Shown here one piece after another: positions 39,814 through 48,826 of a DNA stretch of 64,000 nt (positions within the stretch are counted from its first letter, which is position 1; each line of letters starts with the position of its first letter). The notes beneath the pieces were generated by a model. That model was not told the origin of the DNA, did no database searches, and saw only the letters and a program-made list of their open reading frames with translations. Source of the DNA: Verrucomicrobiota bacterium (GTDB lineage Bacteria; Verrucomicrobiota; Verrucomicrobiia; Limisphaerales; UBA11358); contig JBEKMW010000009.1 of NCBI GenBank assembly GCA_049523455.1, positions 6,758 to 70,757 of the forward strand, given 5' to 3'. The translations under genes were made by a program, and so were the position numbers.

Positions 39814-40866
39814 TCATTCGACCGGCAATTCGGCATCGGCGCCGGGATACAATTTTTGGTAATCGGTGGCCTGGACGCCGATGATGGCGGCGACGCCGAG
39901 AATATCATGAGCGTTGGAGCCGCGCGAAACGTCCGCGGCAGGCCGGTTCAGGCCGATGAGAATATGGCCGTAGGCATTGGCGTGGCCGACGAGCCGCATG
40001 AGCTTGCTGGCGATATTGCCGGAGTTGAGCTCGGGGAAGATGAGCACGTTGGCGCGGCCGGCCACCTTGCTGTCATGGAGCTTGCGTTCAGCAATTTCGG
40101 GCACGAGCGCGGCATCCACCTGGAGTTCGCCGTCGAAATCGGCCTCCAGGAACAACTGTTCGGCCTTGACCCGGGCCTGGGCGGTGGCGGCCTGGACCTT
40201 GCCCACCGACGGGTGGCTCGCGCTGCCCCGGGTGGAAAACGACAACAACGCCACCCGCGGCCGCACACCCAGGAGGTGCCGCGCCAGGCGCGCCGTGGAA
40301 ACCGCGATATCGGCCAATTGTTCGACCGTGGGATCCGGCACCACGCCGCAATCGGCCATGAAGACCACGCCATTTTCTCCCAGCCGGGAATCTTCCACCT
40401 CGATGACCATGCAGCTCGAAGCGGTGGCGATGCCAGGGGCGACCTTGATAATTTGAAAGAGCGGGCGCAACAGGCTGCTGGTAATGTGCGACGCGCCGGA
40501 TACCAAACCGTCCGCCTGATGCATCGCCAGCATCATGGTGCCGAAATAATTTGGCTGCAACACGGCTTCGCGAGCCTCGGTGGCGCGGATGCCCTTGTCG
40601 CGACGTAGCGCCAGAAACCGCCGGGTGAAATTCTCCAACTCCTCGCTCGCGGCCGGATCAATGATGCGGATGCCATCGAGGGGAATGCCCAAGACCTCGG
40701 CGGCGGCCTTCACCCTGGGCGGTTCACCGAGCAGAATGGGGGCGCCCAGCCGCAACGCCTGAAACTGGCGCGCCGCCTGCAGGATGCGCGGCTCCGTGCC
40801 TTCGGGGAAAACCACCCGCTTGGGATGCCGTTGCAATTTTTCAATAGCACTGCCGATAAAACGCAT
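39814..40866 (-). CDS. pta: Phosphate acetyltransferase, catalytic PTA_PTB domain only
   Basis: VVFPEGTEPRILQAA..., DGLVSGASHITSSLLRP, DCGVVPDPTVEQLADIA, PELNSGNI. Confidence 0.9.
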   Translation of the reverse strand: MRFIGSAIEKLQRHPKRVVFPEGTEPRILQAARQFQALRLGAPILLGEPPRVKAAAEVLGIPLDGIRIIDPAASEELENFTRRFLALRRDKGIRATEAREAVLQPNYFGTMMLAMHQADGLVSGASHITSSLLRPLFQIIKVAPGIATASSCMVIEVEDSRLGENGVVFMADCGVVPDPTVEQLADIAVSTARLARHLLGVRPRVALLSFSTRGSASHPSVGKVQAATAQARVKAEQLFLEADFDGELQVDAALVPEIAERKLHDSKVAGRANVLIFPELNSGNIASKLMRLVGHANAYGHILIGLNRPAADVSRGSNAHDILGVAAIIGVQATDYQKLYPGADAELPVE

Positions 40867-40974
40867 GGCCGGACAGTGTCGGGATTCGAGCAGCCGGTTT
40901 CAAGCGCAGAATACACCACCGGTCGAAGGCGCGCATTGACTTGGCGAAAAACGGGGGCTAGTCTCCGGCCGTCA

Positions 40975-41703
40975 ATGTTGGAGACAATCGAGAAGTTGTT
41001 GATCTTGCAGGATCGCGACCAGAAAATCCGCCGTGCCGGCGGCGAACTGGCGCACTTGGGCCCGGAGCGCGAAGGCTTGCGCGCCAAGGCTGCGGCCAGC
41101 CGGTCCCAACTGGAAACCTTCAAGGCGCGACTGAAACAAACGGAGGCCGACCGCAAACGCCTGGAACTCGACGTGCAGGAGAAGCAGCAGCAAATCGAAC
41201 GCTACGCCAACCAGCAGCTTCAGACACGCAAGAACGAGGAATACCGGGCGCTGGCCCACGAGATTGACGCGTGCAAGACCGAGATTACCAGGATTGAGGA
41301 CCGGGAAATCGAGCTGATGGAGCAAGCCGAACAGTTGCAGAAAGAAATCAGCCGTGCGACCCGCGAAGGGGACGAGACGGGCAAATTGGTGGAAGGCCAG
41401 GTGGCACAACTGAATCAACGCGAGGAGAATTTGAAAAAGGAGCTGGCGGTCTTGCAACAAGGCCGCGCGGAACTGGCGGCGGCGGTGGATGAATCGGCCC
41501 GGGCCCGGTACGAGCGGTTGATCAGAAGCAAAGGCGAGAACGTGGTGGTGGGCGTGGACCACGGTGTGTGCGGCGGCTGCCACATGAAGCTGCCGGCGCA
41601 AGATCTCGTCACGTGCCAGGCGCAGCAGGAAATCGTCGCGTGCATCCATTGCGGACGGATTCTCTACTACACCCGCGACATGGCGCTGGCGGCGGCGGAG
41701 TAG
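40975..41703 (+). CDS. COG1579/DUF164 coiled-coil protein with a C4 zinc ribbon
   Basis: LLILQDRDQKI..., long coiled coil, then CGGCHMKLP...CIHCGRILY. Confidence 0.85.
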   Translation: MLETIEKLLILQDRDQKIRRAGGELAHLGPEREGLRAKAAASRSQLETFKARLKQTEADRKRLELDVQEKQQQIERYANQQLQTRKNEEYRALAHEIDACKTEITRIEDREIELMEQAEQLQKEISRATREGDETGKLVEGQVAQLNQREENLKKELAVLQQGRAELAAAVDESARARYERLIRSKGENVVVGVDHGVCGGCHMKLPAQDLVTCQAQQEIVACIHCGRILYYTRDMALAAAE

Positions 41704-41708
41704 GTTTT

Positions 41709-41742
41709 GGAGCGCGGGTCTGCGACCCGCAGCACTTTTTTT
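41709..41742 (+). terminator. REP-family hairpin followed by T7, a likely intrinsic terminator
   Basis: GGAGCGCGGGTCTGCGACCCGCAGCAC followed by TTTTTTT. The same REP occurs at 56002-56026. Confidence 0.55.
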
Positions 41743-41764
41743 ACGAAATTGCGAACGAATTGAG

Positions 41765-41974
41765 TTGATCGAGAAAGTGCGTCAGAACGCCAAACACATC
41801 CAACGCAGCCTCGAGAAACACGCGCTGTGGCTGCTCGAACACCGGCTGTCCGCGGAAACGGAGAGGTCCGACGAGTTGGCGGACCGCATTTGGCGGGAGC
41901 CAGTGCCCAAAGCTGACCCCGCGAAAATTGACGCTTATCTCCGGAATCGGGGGCGACGGTCAACTCGCTCATGA
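41765..41974 (+). CDS. Hypothetical small helical protein (weak call)
   Basis: 69-aa ORF with a TTG start. No recognised motif. Confidence 0.25.
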   Translation: MIEKVRQNAKHIQRSLEKHALWLLEHRLSAETERSDELADRIWREPVPKADPAKIDAYLRNRGRRSTRS

Positions 41975-42069
41975 TTGCCGACCGTTAGCGCTTGGAAAGA
42001 CAACGTGCCGGGCCGCCGCGCTCCGTGATTTGCTTGTTTCGCAGGTGAAAATCGCGCAGCGTCTCGTTG

Positions 42070-42092
42070 ACTGAAACGCAGTCACTGAAACG
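42070..42092 (+). promoter_or_regulatory. 9-bp direct repeat (ACTGAAACG x2) just upstream of the DUF4160 gene, a possible operator
   Basis: 42070-42078 and 42084-42092, overlapping a TTGACT -35-like hexamer at 42067. Confidence 0.2.
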
Positions 42093-42102
42093 ATTACACA
42101 GC

Positions 42103-42336
42103 ATGCCGACGATTAAAATTGAGCGCTACAAGTTTAGATTTTACTCCTCGGACGTGGGCGAGCCACCACATGTTCACGTGATTGACGGCGACAGGGTCGC
42201 CAAAATCTGGTTGCAGCCGGTTTCGACCGAATACAATCATGGTTACAACGTGGCACAGTTGAACTATATTTTGAAGCTGACAAGAGAAAACCAGGCCCGT
42301 TTACTGGCGAACTGGAATGAATACTTTGCTCGATAA
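42103..42336 (+). CDS. DUF4160 domain protein
   Basis: MPTIKIERYKFRFYSSDVGEPPHVHV...AKIWL is the typical DUF4160 N-terminus. Confidence 0.85.
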   Translation: MPTIKIERYKFRFYSSDVGEPPHVHVIDGDRVAKIWLQPVSTEYNHGYNVAQLNYILKLTRENQARLLANWNEYFAR

Positions 42337-42583
42337 AACAATGGAAACGGTGAAGGCGCGCCACGCGAGTTTCGTCGGCGACCGCCTTTGCATCGAATTG
42401 TCCGACGGACGCGAATTGAGCGTGCCCTACAAAAAAATTCCGTGGCTCAAATGGCTCGCCAAGGCTTCGCCCAGGCAGCGCGCCGCCTGGTCGCTCGAAC
42501 CCGGCGGCTACGCGATTTATTGGGATCAGCTCGACGACGGCGTGGAAATCGGCCATCTGCTCGGCATGGAAAGCTTAAAGTGA
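42317..42583 (+). CDS. DUF2442 domain protein
   Basis: ...LCIELSDGRELSVPY...PWL...ASPRQRAAWSLEPGGYAIYWDQLDDGVEI. Overlaps the DUF4160 gene by 20 nt. Confidence 0.85.
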   Translation: MNTLLDKTMETVKARHASFVGDRLCIELSDGRELSVPYKKIPWLKWLAKASPRQRAAWSLEPGGYAIYWDQLDDGVEIGHLLGMESLK

Positions 42584-42590
42584 GCCGTTC

Positions 42591-42800
42591 ATGCGCTGCA
42601 CCATCATCATCGAACGCGGGCCGAAAAATTTCAGCGCGTACGCACCGGATTTTCCCGGCTGCGTGGCGGCGGCGGAGAGAGAACCGGAAACTCTCGCGCT
42701 GATGAAGGAGGCATTGCAAATGCACATTGAGGACATGCGCGAGCGCGGCGAACCGATTCCAAAGCCGAGCGGAATCCGCGAAGTGGAAGTGGCGGCGTAA
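42591..42800 (+). CDS. hicB: HicB-family antitoxin-like protein (UPF0150)
   Basis: CTIIIERGPKNFSAYAPDFPGCVAAAEREPETLALMKEALQMHIEDMRERGEPIPKP. Confidence 0.85.
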   Translation: MRCTIIIERGPKNFSAYAPDFPGCVAAAEREPETLALMKEALQMHIEDMRERGEPIPKPSGIREVEVAA

Positions 42801-42808
42801 AATAGCCC

Positions 42809-43945
42809 ATGAGTGATCCATCTTTCACACAACTATTTCGCCGAAGCCGGTATTCCCGGATTGGCCCGTCAGGAGACGATGAGCGGGATCAGGACCGCAA
42901 GGAAGTATTCGCCGTGGCAGCGGTAGGGTTTGCCTTAAAGCATGATGCCCAATTCCAAAAGAAATTCCTTGAAAAATTTGCCGGTATTGATGAAGATCCC
43001 GAAGATTACAAGCCAAGCCTCCAGCCGGCCGATTGCATAGACTTAAGGCTGGAAAACCCCCAAAAAAAGATTTTAGTCGCGGTTGAATTCAAAGTTGGCG
43101 CAGGACTGGCGGAACATCAAAATCCTTGGCTCGATTTCGACGAACGAAAGGCCAATCTCAGAAAACCCGATGACAAAGGTTTGCCGTTCTGGTGCAAAGC
43201 CAAAAATGGTTATGGCTTTCAATTCAGCAACGATTTTAAGGATTTTCCCACCGTCCATTATGTGATCGTTCAACAAAAAGAGCACGGAGATGTGCGTGAT
43301 GAGGAGCCAATCGAGCAACCTGGTAAAACTTTTCATTTGAAAAGGCGGAATTGGGAATGCCTTTTGCCACCGAATGCGGGGTTGGAGAGAGATTTAGTTA
43401 ATTCGTTGGGCGAACTTGGAATTACTGAACTCGTGGACTGGACTATGAAAACCATGAAAATAGACCCCGAATCCATTGAAGGTTGCTTCAAAGGATTGGA
43501 AGTAGGAGAAAAGCTCATCAAAATCCTCCTCTGGATTTCTAAGAAATTGAGGCTAACAGTCAAATTAGACGACTTTGTGACGGAAATATCGGGAGATTCG
43601 CGTTATTTAGGCATTGGTTTCTCAAATAAGGTTACGGCACGTCTATCGAAAGAACGATCTGCATATATCGGTAAGCGTGATTATGGCGCTGGATGGTTCG
43701 GCTATTCTTCGGAACAACAAGGAAAATTCCAACCCGAAGTGTGGTTTTATTGTAATGATAATATGAAGCCGAGGCTATTAAATATACTGAAAACTGAATT
43801 CAGTGATTCTGTAGAATTTCCTGAACCCCCGAAGGATGGGTGTGAAAACTACAATATTCGAATTCGCCGTTCGCAGACTTCGCGAAAGCCGGATGGGGCC
43901 TGGTTTTATGAAGTCTTAGGAATCAATGAATTTTCAAATGACTGA
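42809..43945 (+). CDS. Uncharacterised low-GC protein with a putative PD-(D/E)xK nuclease core
   Basis: 378 aa. ...[31 protein letters not shown]... fits D-x(n)-E-x-K on consecutive beta strands. Hand counts: line 43741-43800 has 17/60 G+C and line 43201-43260 has 22/60. Confidence 0.7.
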   Translation: MSDPSFTQLFRRSRYSRIGPSGDDERDQDRKEVFAVAAVGFALKHDAQFQKKFLEKFAGIDEDPEDYKPSLQPADCIDLRLENPQKKILVAVEFKVGAGLAEHQNPWLDFDERKANLRKPDDKGLPFWCKAKNGYGFQFSNDFKDFPTVHYVIVQQKEHGDVRDEEPIEQPGKTFHLKRRNWECLLPPNAGLERDLVNSLGELGITELVDWTMKTMKIDPESIEGCFKGLEVGEKLIKILLWISKKLRLTVKLDDFVTEISGDSRYLGIGFSNKVTARLSKERSAYIGKRDYGAGWFGYSSEQQGKFQPEVWFYCNDNMKPRLLNILKTEFSDSVEFPEPPKDGCENYNIRIRRSQTSRKPDGAWFYEVLGINEFSND

Positions 43946-46427
43946 ACCCAAAGTTACACCGGAACTGGTTGCCAAACACAACCTGACGCCCGAGGAACAC
44001 CGGAAAATTCTCGAAGTGCTGGGCCGCGAGCCGAGCTATACCGAATTGGGCATCTTCTCGGTGATGTGGAGCGAACATTGCTGTTACAAGAGCACCCGCC
44101 CGCTGCTCAAAACCTTTCCGACCAAGTCCAAGAAAATCCTCGTCGGCGCCGGGGAAGAGAACGCCGGCATTATTGACATTGGCGACGGCCTGGCCATTGC
44201 GTTCAAAGTGGAGTCGCACAACCATCCGAGCGCGGTCGAGCCGTTCCAGGGGGCGGCCACGGGCGTCGGCGGCATCGTGCGGGATATTTTTACGATGGGA
44301 GCCAGGCCCATTTGCTCGGTAAATTCCTTGCGATTTGGACCGATCACCGGGAATTCGGAACGCGGAGCGCGGAGTGCGGAATCAAAAAGTGGGAAGGAAG
44401 CTGCGTTGAAGAACAACCGCCGCCTCTTTGCGGGCGTCGTCGCTGGCATTGCGCATTATGGTAATTGCTTTGGCATTCCCACCATCGCCGGCGAGGTTTA
44501 TTTCGACCCATCCTACGAGGGCAATCCGCTGGTCAACGCTTTTTGCCTGGGCGTCCTCCGCCACGAGCAAATCGCGCGCGGCGCCGCCAAAGGCATCGGC
44601 AATCCGGTCTTTTACGTGGGCCCGGCCACGGGCCGCGACGGTCTGGCCGGCGCCGCATTCGCCTCGCAGGATTTGACCGAGGAATCGGCCGAGCAGCAGC
44701 GCGGGGCGGTGCAGGTGGGCGATCCCTTCATGGAAAAACTCGTGTGCGAAGCCTGCCTGGAATTGCTGGCCACCGGCGCGGTGGCGGGCATTCAGGACAT
44801 GGGCGCGGCGGGCCTGACCTGTTCCACGTGCGAGACGGCGGCGCGCGCCGGCACGGGCATCGAAATCGAATTGGACAAGGTGCCGCAACGCGCGCCGAAC
44901 ATGAGCAGCTACGAAATCATGCTCAGCGAATCGCAGGAGCGGATGCTCATCATCGTTAACCGCGGCCGGGAAGCGGAGGTCAAACGCATTTTCGACAAAT
45001 GGGATTTGCCTTGGGCGGAAATCGGTTTCGTCACCGACACCGGCCGCATGGTGGTCAAACACCACGGCCAGGTGGTGGCGGATATTCCGGCCAGGAAAAT
45101 CGCCGATGAGTCGCCGGTTTGCCAGCGGGAGGCGGCCGAGCCGGAGTACCTGAAGGACGTGCGGGCCTTTCGGCTGGATGGAATTGCCGATTGCCAATCA
45201 CCGGTTGACGATTTGAAGAAGTTGCTGGCGTGGCCGACCATCGCGTCGAAAAACTGGGTGTACCGCCAATACGACCACATGGTGCGGGATGGTTCGGTGG
45301 TTTGTCCCGGCAGCGACGCGGCCGTGTTGCGCATCAAGGCGGACAGTTTGCCGGATCTGGGGAGCGCGCCCGCCCCGGGCGCCGCGGTTGACGCCCCGTC
45401 AACCGCAAAAGCCGGCGACATGTCAGCCGCCAGCGACGCACTTTCAGTTCCCGAGAAATTTATCGCCCTGACCTCGGATGGCAACGGCGCTTACGTCTAT
45501 CTCGATCCCTACGAAGGGGCGAAGGTCGTCATGGCTGAAGCGTGCCGCAACCTGGCGTGCTCCGGCGCCGTGCCATTGGGGACGACGGACAATCTCAACA
45601 TGCCCAGCCCCCTCAAGCCGGAACTGTTCTGGCAAATCAAGGAATCGGTGCGCGGCTTGGCCGACGCGTGCCGGGCCTTCAACGCGCCCGTCACCGGCGG
45701 CAATTGCTCGCTCTACAACCAGAGCCCCAACGGCCCGATTGACCCGACGCCCACCGTCGTGGTGGTGGGGTTGGTCGAAAAACCGGAACACGTGACGACG
45801 CAGTGGTTCAAGGACGAAGGCGACGCGATCATTTTGCTGGGTGAAGCGGTGGATGCGAGCGATCCGCTGTCCGGCCTGGGCGGTTCCGCTTATCTGCAAG
45901 TGATCCATGGCCAAAAGACCGGCAGACCGCCGCGTTGTGATCTCGAGCAGGCCAAAACCCTGCACACGACGCTGCTGGGCTTGATCCATTCCGGACTGGT
46001 AAAAAGCGCGCATGATTGCAGTGAAGGCGGTTTGGCGGTTTGCCTGGCCGAAAGCTGCATTTCACAACTCGCCGCCCGCGAAACGCCCCGCCTCATCGGG
46101 GCCACGGTGGATTTGAGCCTCGTAGGACAGGCTTCCAGCCTGTCTCAAACGAAAAAAGAAGATGGAGACAGGCAGGATGCCCGTCCTCCGGCGCGCTTGG
46201 ATGGCCTGCTCTTTGGCGAAGCCCAGTCGCGCGTGGTTATCACCTGTCACCCGCTGAATGCGGTGAAAGTGGTCGAACGCGCGAAGTTGATGGGTGTGCC
46301 TGCGGCACAAATCGGCAAAGTGGGCGGTGACCAGTTGACCATAAAAACCGCCGCCGGCGAAATCAGCGCGCCAGTGGCCGAATTGCACGACGTCTGGTGG
46401 AACGCCATCGCGCGGGCGATGGCCTGA
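43926..46427 (+). CDS. purL: Phosphoribosylformylglycinamidine synthase subunit PurL
   Basis: 833 aa. [52 protein letters not shown]. The start may be ATG 43938. Confidence 0.96.
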   Translation: MNFQMTEPKVTPELVAKHNLTPEEHRKILEVLGREPSYTELGIFSVMWSEHCCYKSTRPLLKTFPTKSKKILVGAGEENAGIIDIGDGLAIAFKVESHNHPSAVEPFQGAATGVGGIVRDIFTMGARPICSVNSLRFGPITGNSERGARSAESKSGKEAALKNNRRLFAGVVAGIAHYGNCFGIPTIAGEVYFDPSYEGNPLVNAFCLGVLRHEQIARGAAKGIGNPVFYVGPATGRDGLAGAAFASQDLTEESAEQQRGAVQVGDPFMEKLVCEACLELLATGAVAGIQDMGAAGLTCSTCETAARAGTGIEIELDKVPQRAPNMSSYEIMLSESQERMLIIVNRGREAEVKRIFDKWDLPWAEIGFVTDTGRMVVKHHGQVVADIPARKIADESPVCQREAAEPEYLKDVRAFRLDGIADCQSPVDDLKKLLAWPTIASKNWVYRQYDHMVRDGSVVCPGSDAAVLRIKADSLPDLGSAPAPGAAVDAPSTAKAGDMSAASDALSVPEKFIALTSDGNGAYVYLDPYEGAKVVMAEACRNLACSGAVPLGTTDNLNMPSPLKPELFWQIKESVRGLADACRAFNAPVTGGNCSLYNQSPNGPIDPTPTVVVVGLVEKPEHVTTQWFKDEGDAIILLGEAVDASDPLSGLGGSAYLQVIHGQKTGRPPRCDLEQAKTLHTTLLGLIHSGLVKSAHDCSEGGLAVCLAESCISQLAARETPRLIGATVDLSLVGQASSLSQTKKEDGDRQDARPPARLDGLLFGEAQSRVVITCHPLNAVKVVERAKLMGVPAAQIGKVGGDQLTIKTAAGEISAPVAELHDVWWNAIARAMA
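44356..44383. repeat. Four CGGANNG heptamers inside purL
   Basis: cggaacg cggagcg cggagtg cggaatc, within a segment of about 19 aa ([19 protein letters not shown]) that is absent from B. subtilis PurL as I recall it. Confidence 0.8.
45339..45455. repeat. 117-bp (39-codon) insertion in purL carrying one arm of the 12269-12412 element
   Basis: GGGGAGCGCGCCCGCCCCGGGCG (45359-45381) against GGGGAGCACGCCCGCCCCGGGCG (12269-12291). Confidence 0.8.
46122..46190. repeat. In-frame copy, inside purL, of the same element family as gcvP 20043-20156
   Basis: GTAGGACAGGCTTCCAGCCTGTCT...AAGATGGAGACAGGCAGGATGCCCGTCCTCCG against GTAGGACAGGCGTCCCGCCTGTCC...AAGATGGAGACAGGCGCGACCCGTCCTTCG. Confidence 0.85.
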
Positions 46428-46439
46428 CGAGTCGGCGCG

Positions 46440-48575
46440 TCAGGCGGACATCTTTTCCGCCGTTTGTGCAATTTCCGCCAATTCGTCTGCCATCCTTTTA
46501 TACTTAGTCAACCACTGTGCGGTTTTTTGCCTGAGCGATTCGCAGTCGTCCCCACTTAAATGACTCTGGCCTCTGGCCAATTGAAGACGGGGACCGGGAG
46601 CTGCACTGTCCGCTTCGGACGGTTCCGCACTCAGCGAATTCACCATTTGCTTTTGTGCCTCTAGCGCCTTTGCCAACACCGGCGCCTCGCCCGATGATTC
46701 TCCCACCGCCGCCATCTCATCCAGCACTGCCAGCGCGTCCATGAGTTCGCAGTTCTTTTTGCAAGCGCTGCCGGCTTGGTTCACCGCCGCTACCAACTCA
46801 TGGATGCGCTCCGACGAAACCGGATTTGCCCCCGCCCCACTTATGCCCGAAAGCGTAAGGGACAGGGCCAGTTGCATCCGGCGATTCAATGCCGCGGCGA
46901 CCTCGTGCAGCGAATTCCTCAAGGCCTGGCGTGCCGCAAGTGCGTCGGCCGCCGCCGTTTCGGCCGATTCGATGGTCTGGTCGGCGAGGGCGAAGGCTTC
47001 CGGCTGAATGAGAACGTCCGACTCCAGCAGCCGCACAGCGGCGCGGGCCTTAATCAGTTTCTGGGAGGCATCGGAATATTGGGATGCAATGGGCGCCAAA
47101 TGGCCGGCCACCCCTTGAAGTCCGGCGGACAGTTGATGCAGTTCCGCCAAGGCCGCTTCCGCATTCACCGGCGCCGGCGCCGGGACTTGGAGCGGCATCA
47201 ACAGCGGAAATACGCCGAGGAAAAATTCGTCGGTGGCGCTGCGGAAATCGGCCGCCGCCGCATACCCTTGAGCCGCCTTGGGATGCGTGGACTCCACGTG
47301 CAGCAGCATTCGCTCGGTAATGGGTATTCCCAGGTCGTCGGTGTAATGCAGCAACGTAACAAAACGCGCCGGATGCTCGAAACTGGCGAACAAGGATGAA
47401 GCCGGGCGGTCGTCATGAAAAATTCCGGGCTCGCCCGCCATGCGGGCTCGGCGGATGCGGTCCGCGGGCGATGGATGCGAATCAAACAGCGTGGTGCGAC
47501 GAAAGCCGAGGGTGTCGTCAATTTTTTGCAGGATGTTCGGCGCGAGGTTTTCATGCACCTGGCGCACCATTTCACTCAGGTTGTCTGGCAATCGGCGCTC
47601 CTTTTTCCATCGCAGCCGGATTTGTTGAAATGTCCCGTCCATGGCCGCGCCGAGCGTCGCGAGTTTGCGGTGGGTCGCCTCAAATGTTTCGCTGCCGACC
47701 ACTTTGATTTGCCAGGCGTCCGCGTCATATTCCATCTGGCGCAGCATGAAACCGGCGAGGATGTGGCCGATCAGCATCAGGAGTTTCAAAACCAGGCGCG
47801 AGAGCCAGACGGCGATCTGGATAAACCAGACCAGGAGCGCCACGCGGCCGTCCCGCACCTCGTTCGACCAGTTCTCGAGCGCCTCGTCCCAGGCGTCGCG
47901 TTCATACGCCACCCGCGCAAACCAGAAATTGATCGAACGAATCATGTAGCTCAACCGCATGCCGGCGCCCTGGGCGAAGTGGCCGAATTCGTGGGCAATG
48001 ACCCCGGCCAGCTCGCGCGCCGATAAATTAGCGGCCAGCGGCAGGCCGATGGTCAATACCAGATCGTTGCCCGCCAGGCTGCGCCATCCGTGGCGGAAAC
48101 TGGCGGACGCATTGAGGTCGCAATTCAGGTCAATCCGTTTCGGTGCGGGCGCCCGCACCACGTCGCAGATTTTTGCGATGAAGGCGTAAAGCAAGGGGTT
48201 GTCGGCCGGATTGAGAGCCAGGGGTTGTGCGCGTTTGGGGCGCCCGGCGAAAAGCGGCTTGAACATGAAGAACAAGACCACCACGCCAGCGAACAGTGGC
48301 GCCAGGTAAAGGAGGAATTTGGCAACGATGATGTATCCGACCCCAATAAAGCCGCCGAGGCCCATGATAGGCCTCAAATCATACACGGCGTGATAGTAAA
48401 CCAACCGCGCCAGAACCACCAACAGGGCGAGATAGACCAGTGGCAACACCAACATGGCGCCAGCGACGAGCAACAGACATGTGTGGTAAAGCATGCCGGT
48501 TTTGGGGCGCGCTAGGGTGGTATTCAGCGCCGACAAAATGGAATAATCGGGGCCTGATGTTTCGTTCACTGGCAA
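46440..48575 (-). CDS. M48-family zinc metalloprotease with N-terminal TM segments and a long helical C-terminal region
   Basis: AGVIAHEFGHFAQG (HExxH). 711 aa. Confidence 0.85.
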   Translation of the reverse strand: MPVNETSGPDYSILSALNTTLARPKTGMLYHTCLLLVAGAMLVLPLVYLALLVVLARLVYYHAVYDLRPIMGLGGFIGVGYIIVAKFLLYLAPLFAGVVVLFFMFKPLFAGRPKRAQPLALNPADNPLLYAFIAKICDVVRAPAPKRIDLNCDLNASASFRHGWRSLAGNDLVLTIGLPLAANLSARELAGVIAHEFGHFAQGAGMRLSYMIRSINFWFARVAYERDAWDEALENWSNEVRDGRVALLVWFIQIAVWLSRLVLKLLMLIGHILAGFMLRQMEYDADAWQIKVVGSETFEATHRKLATLGAAMDGTFQQIRLRWKKERRLPDNLSEMVRQVHENLAPNILQKIDDTLGFRRTTLFDSHPSPADRIRRARMAGEPGIFHDDRPASSLFASFEHPARFVTLLHYTDDLGIPITERMLLHVESTHPKAAQGYAAAADFRSATDEFFLGVFPLLMPLQVPAPAPVNAEAALAELHQLSAGLQGVAGHLAPIASQYSDASQKLIKARAAVRLLESDVLIQPEAFALADQTIESAETAAADALAARQALRNSLHEVAAALNRRMQLALSLTLSGISGAGANPVSSERIHELVAAVNQAGSACKKNCELMDALAVLDEMAAVGESSGEAPVLAKALEAQKQMVNSLSAEPSEADSAAPGPRLQLARGQSHLSGDDCESLRQKTAQWLTKYKRMADELAEIAQTAEKMSA

Positions 48576-48826
48576 CTCAACGGGTTTCCCCAGCTTGGGC
48601 CGGGTGGTTTTGATGCGTCAACAGAAATCTTGAATGAAATTGGGGCCCGCCGGTTGAATCGGATGGGGGTACGCGTTTTGTTTTGTCCCCTTCATAACTC
48701 ACATCCACTTTGAACACCTCCCCGGCTGTTCGCTCTATTTAATTGGTAATCCGGCGGGTCGCGGCTTGTTCAGCAATTAACCGCTGGCCTTTCGCGCCCG
48801 GATTCGTATGCTTTTCTGGAGTTTAC

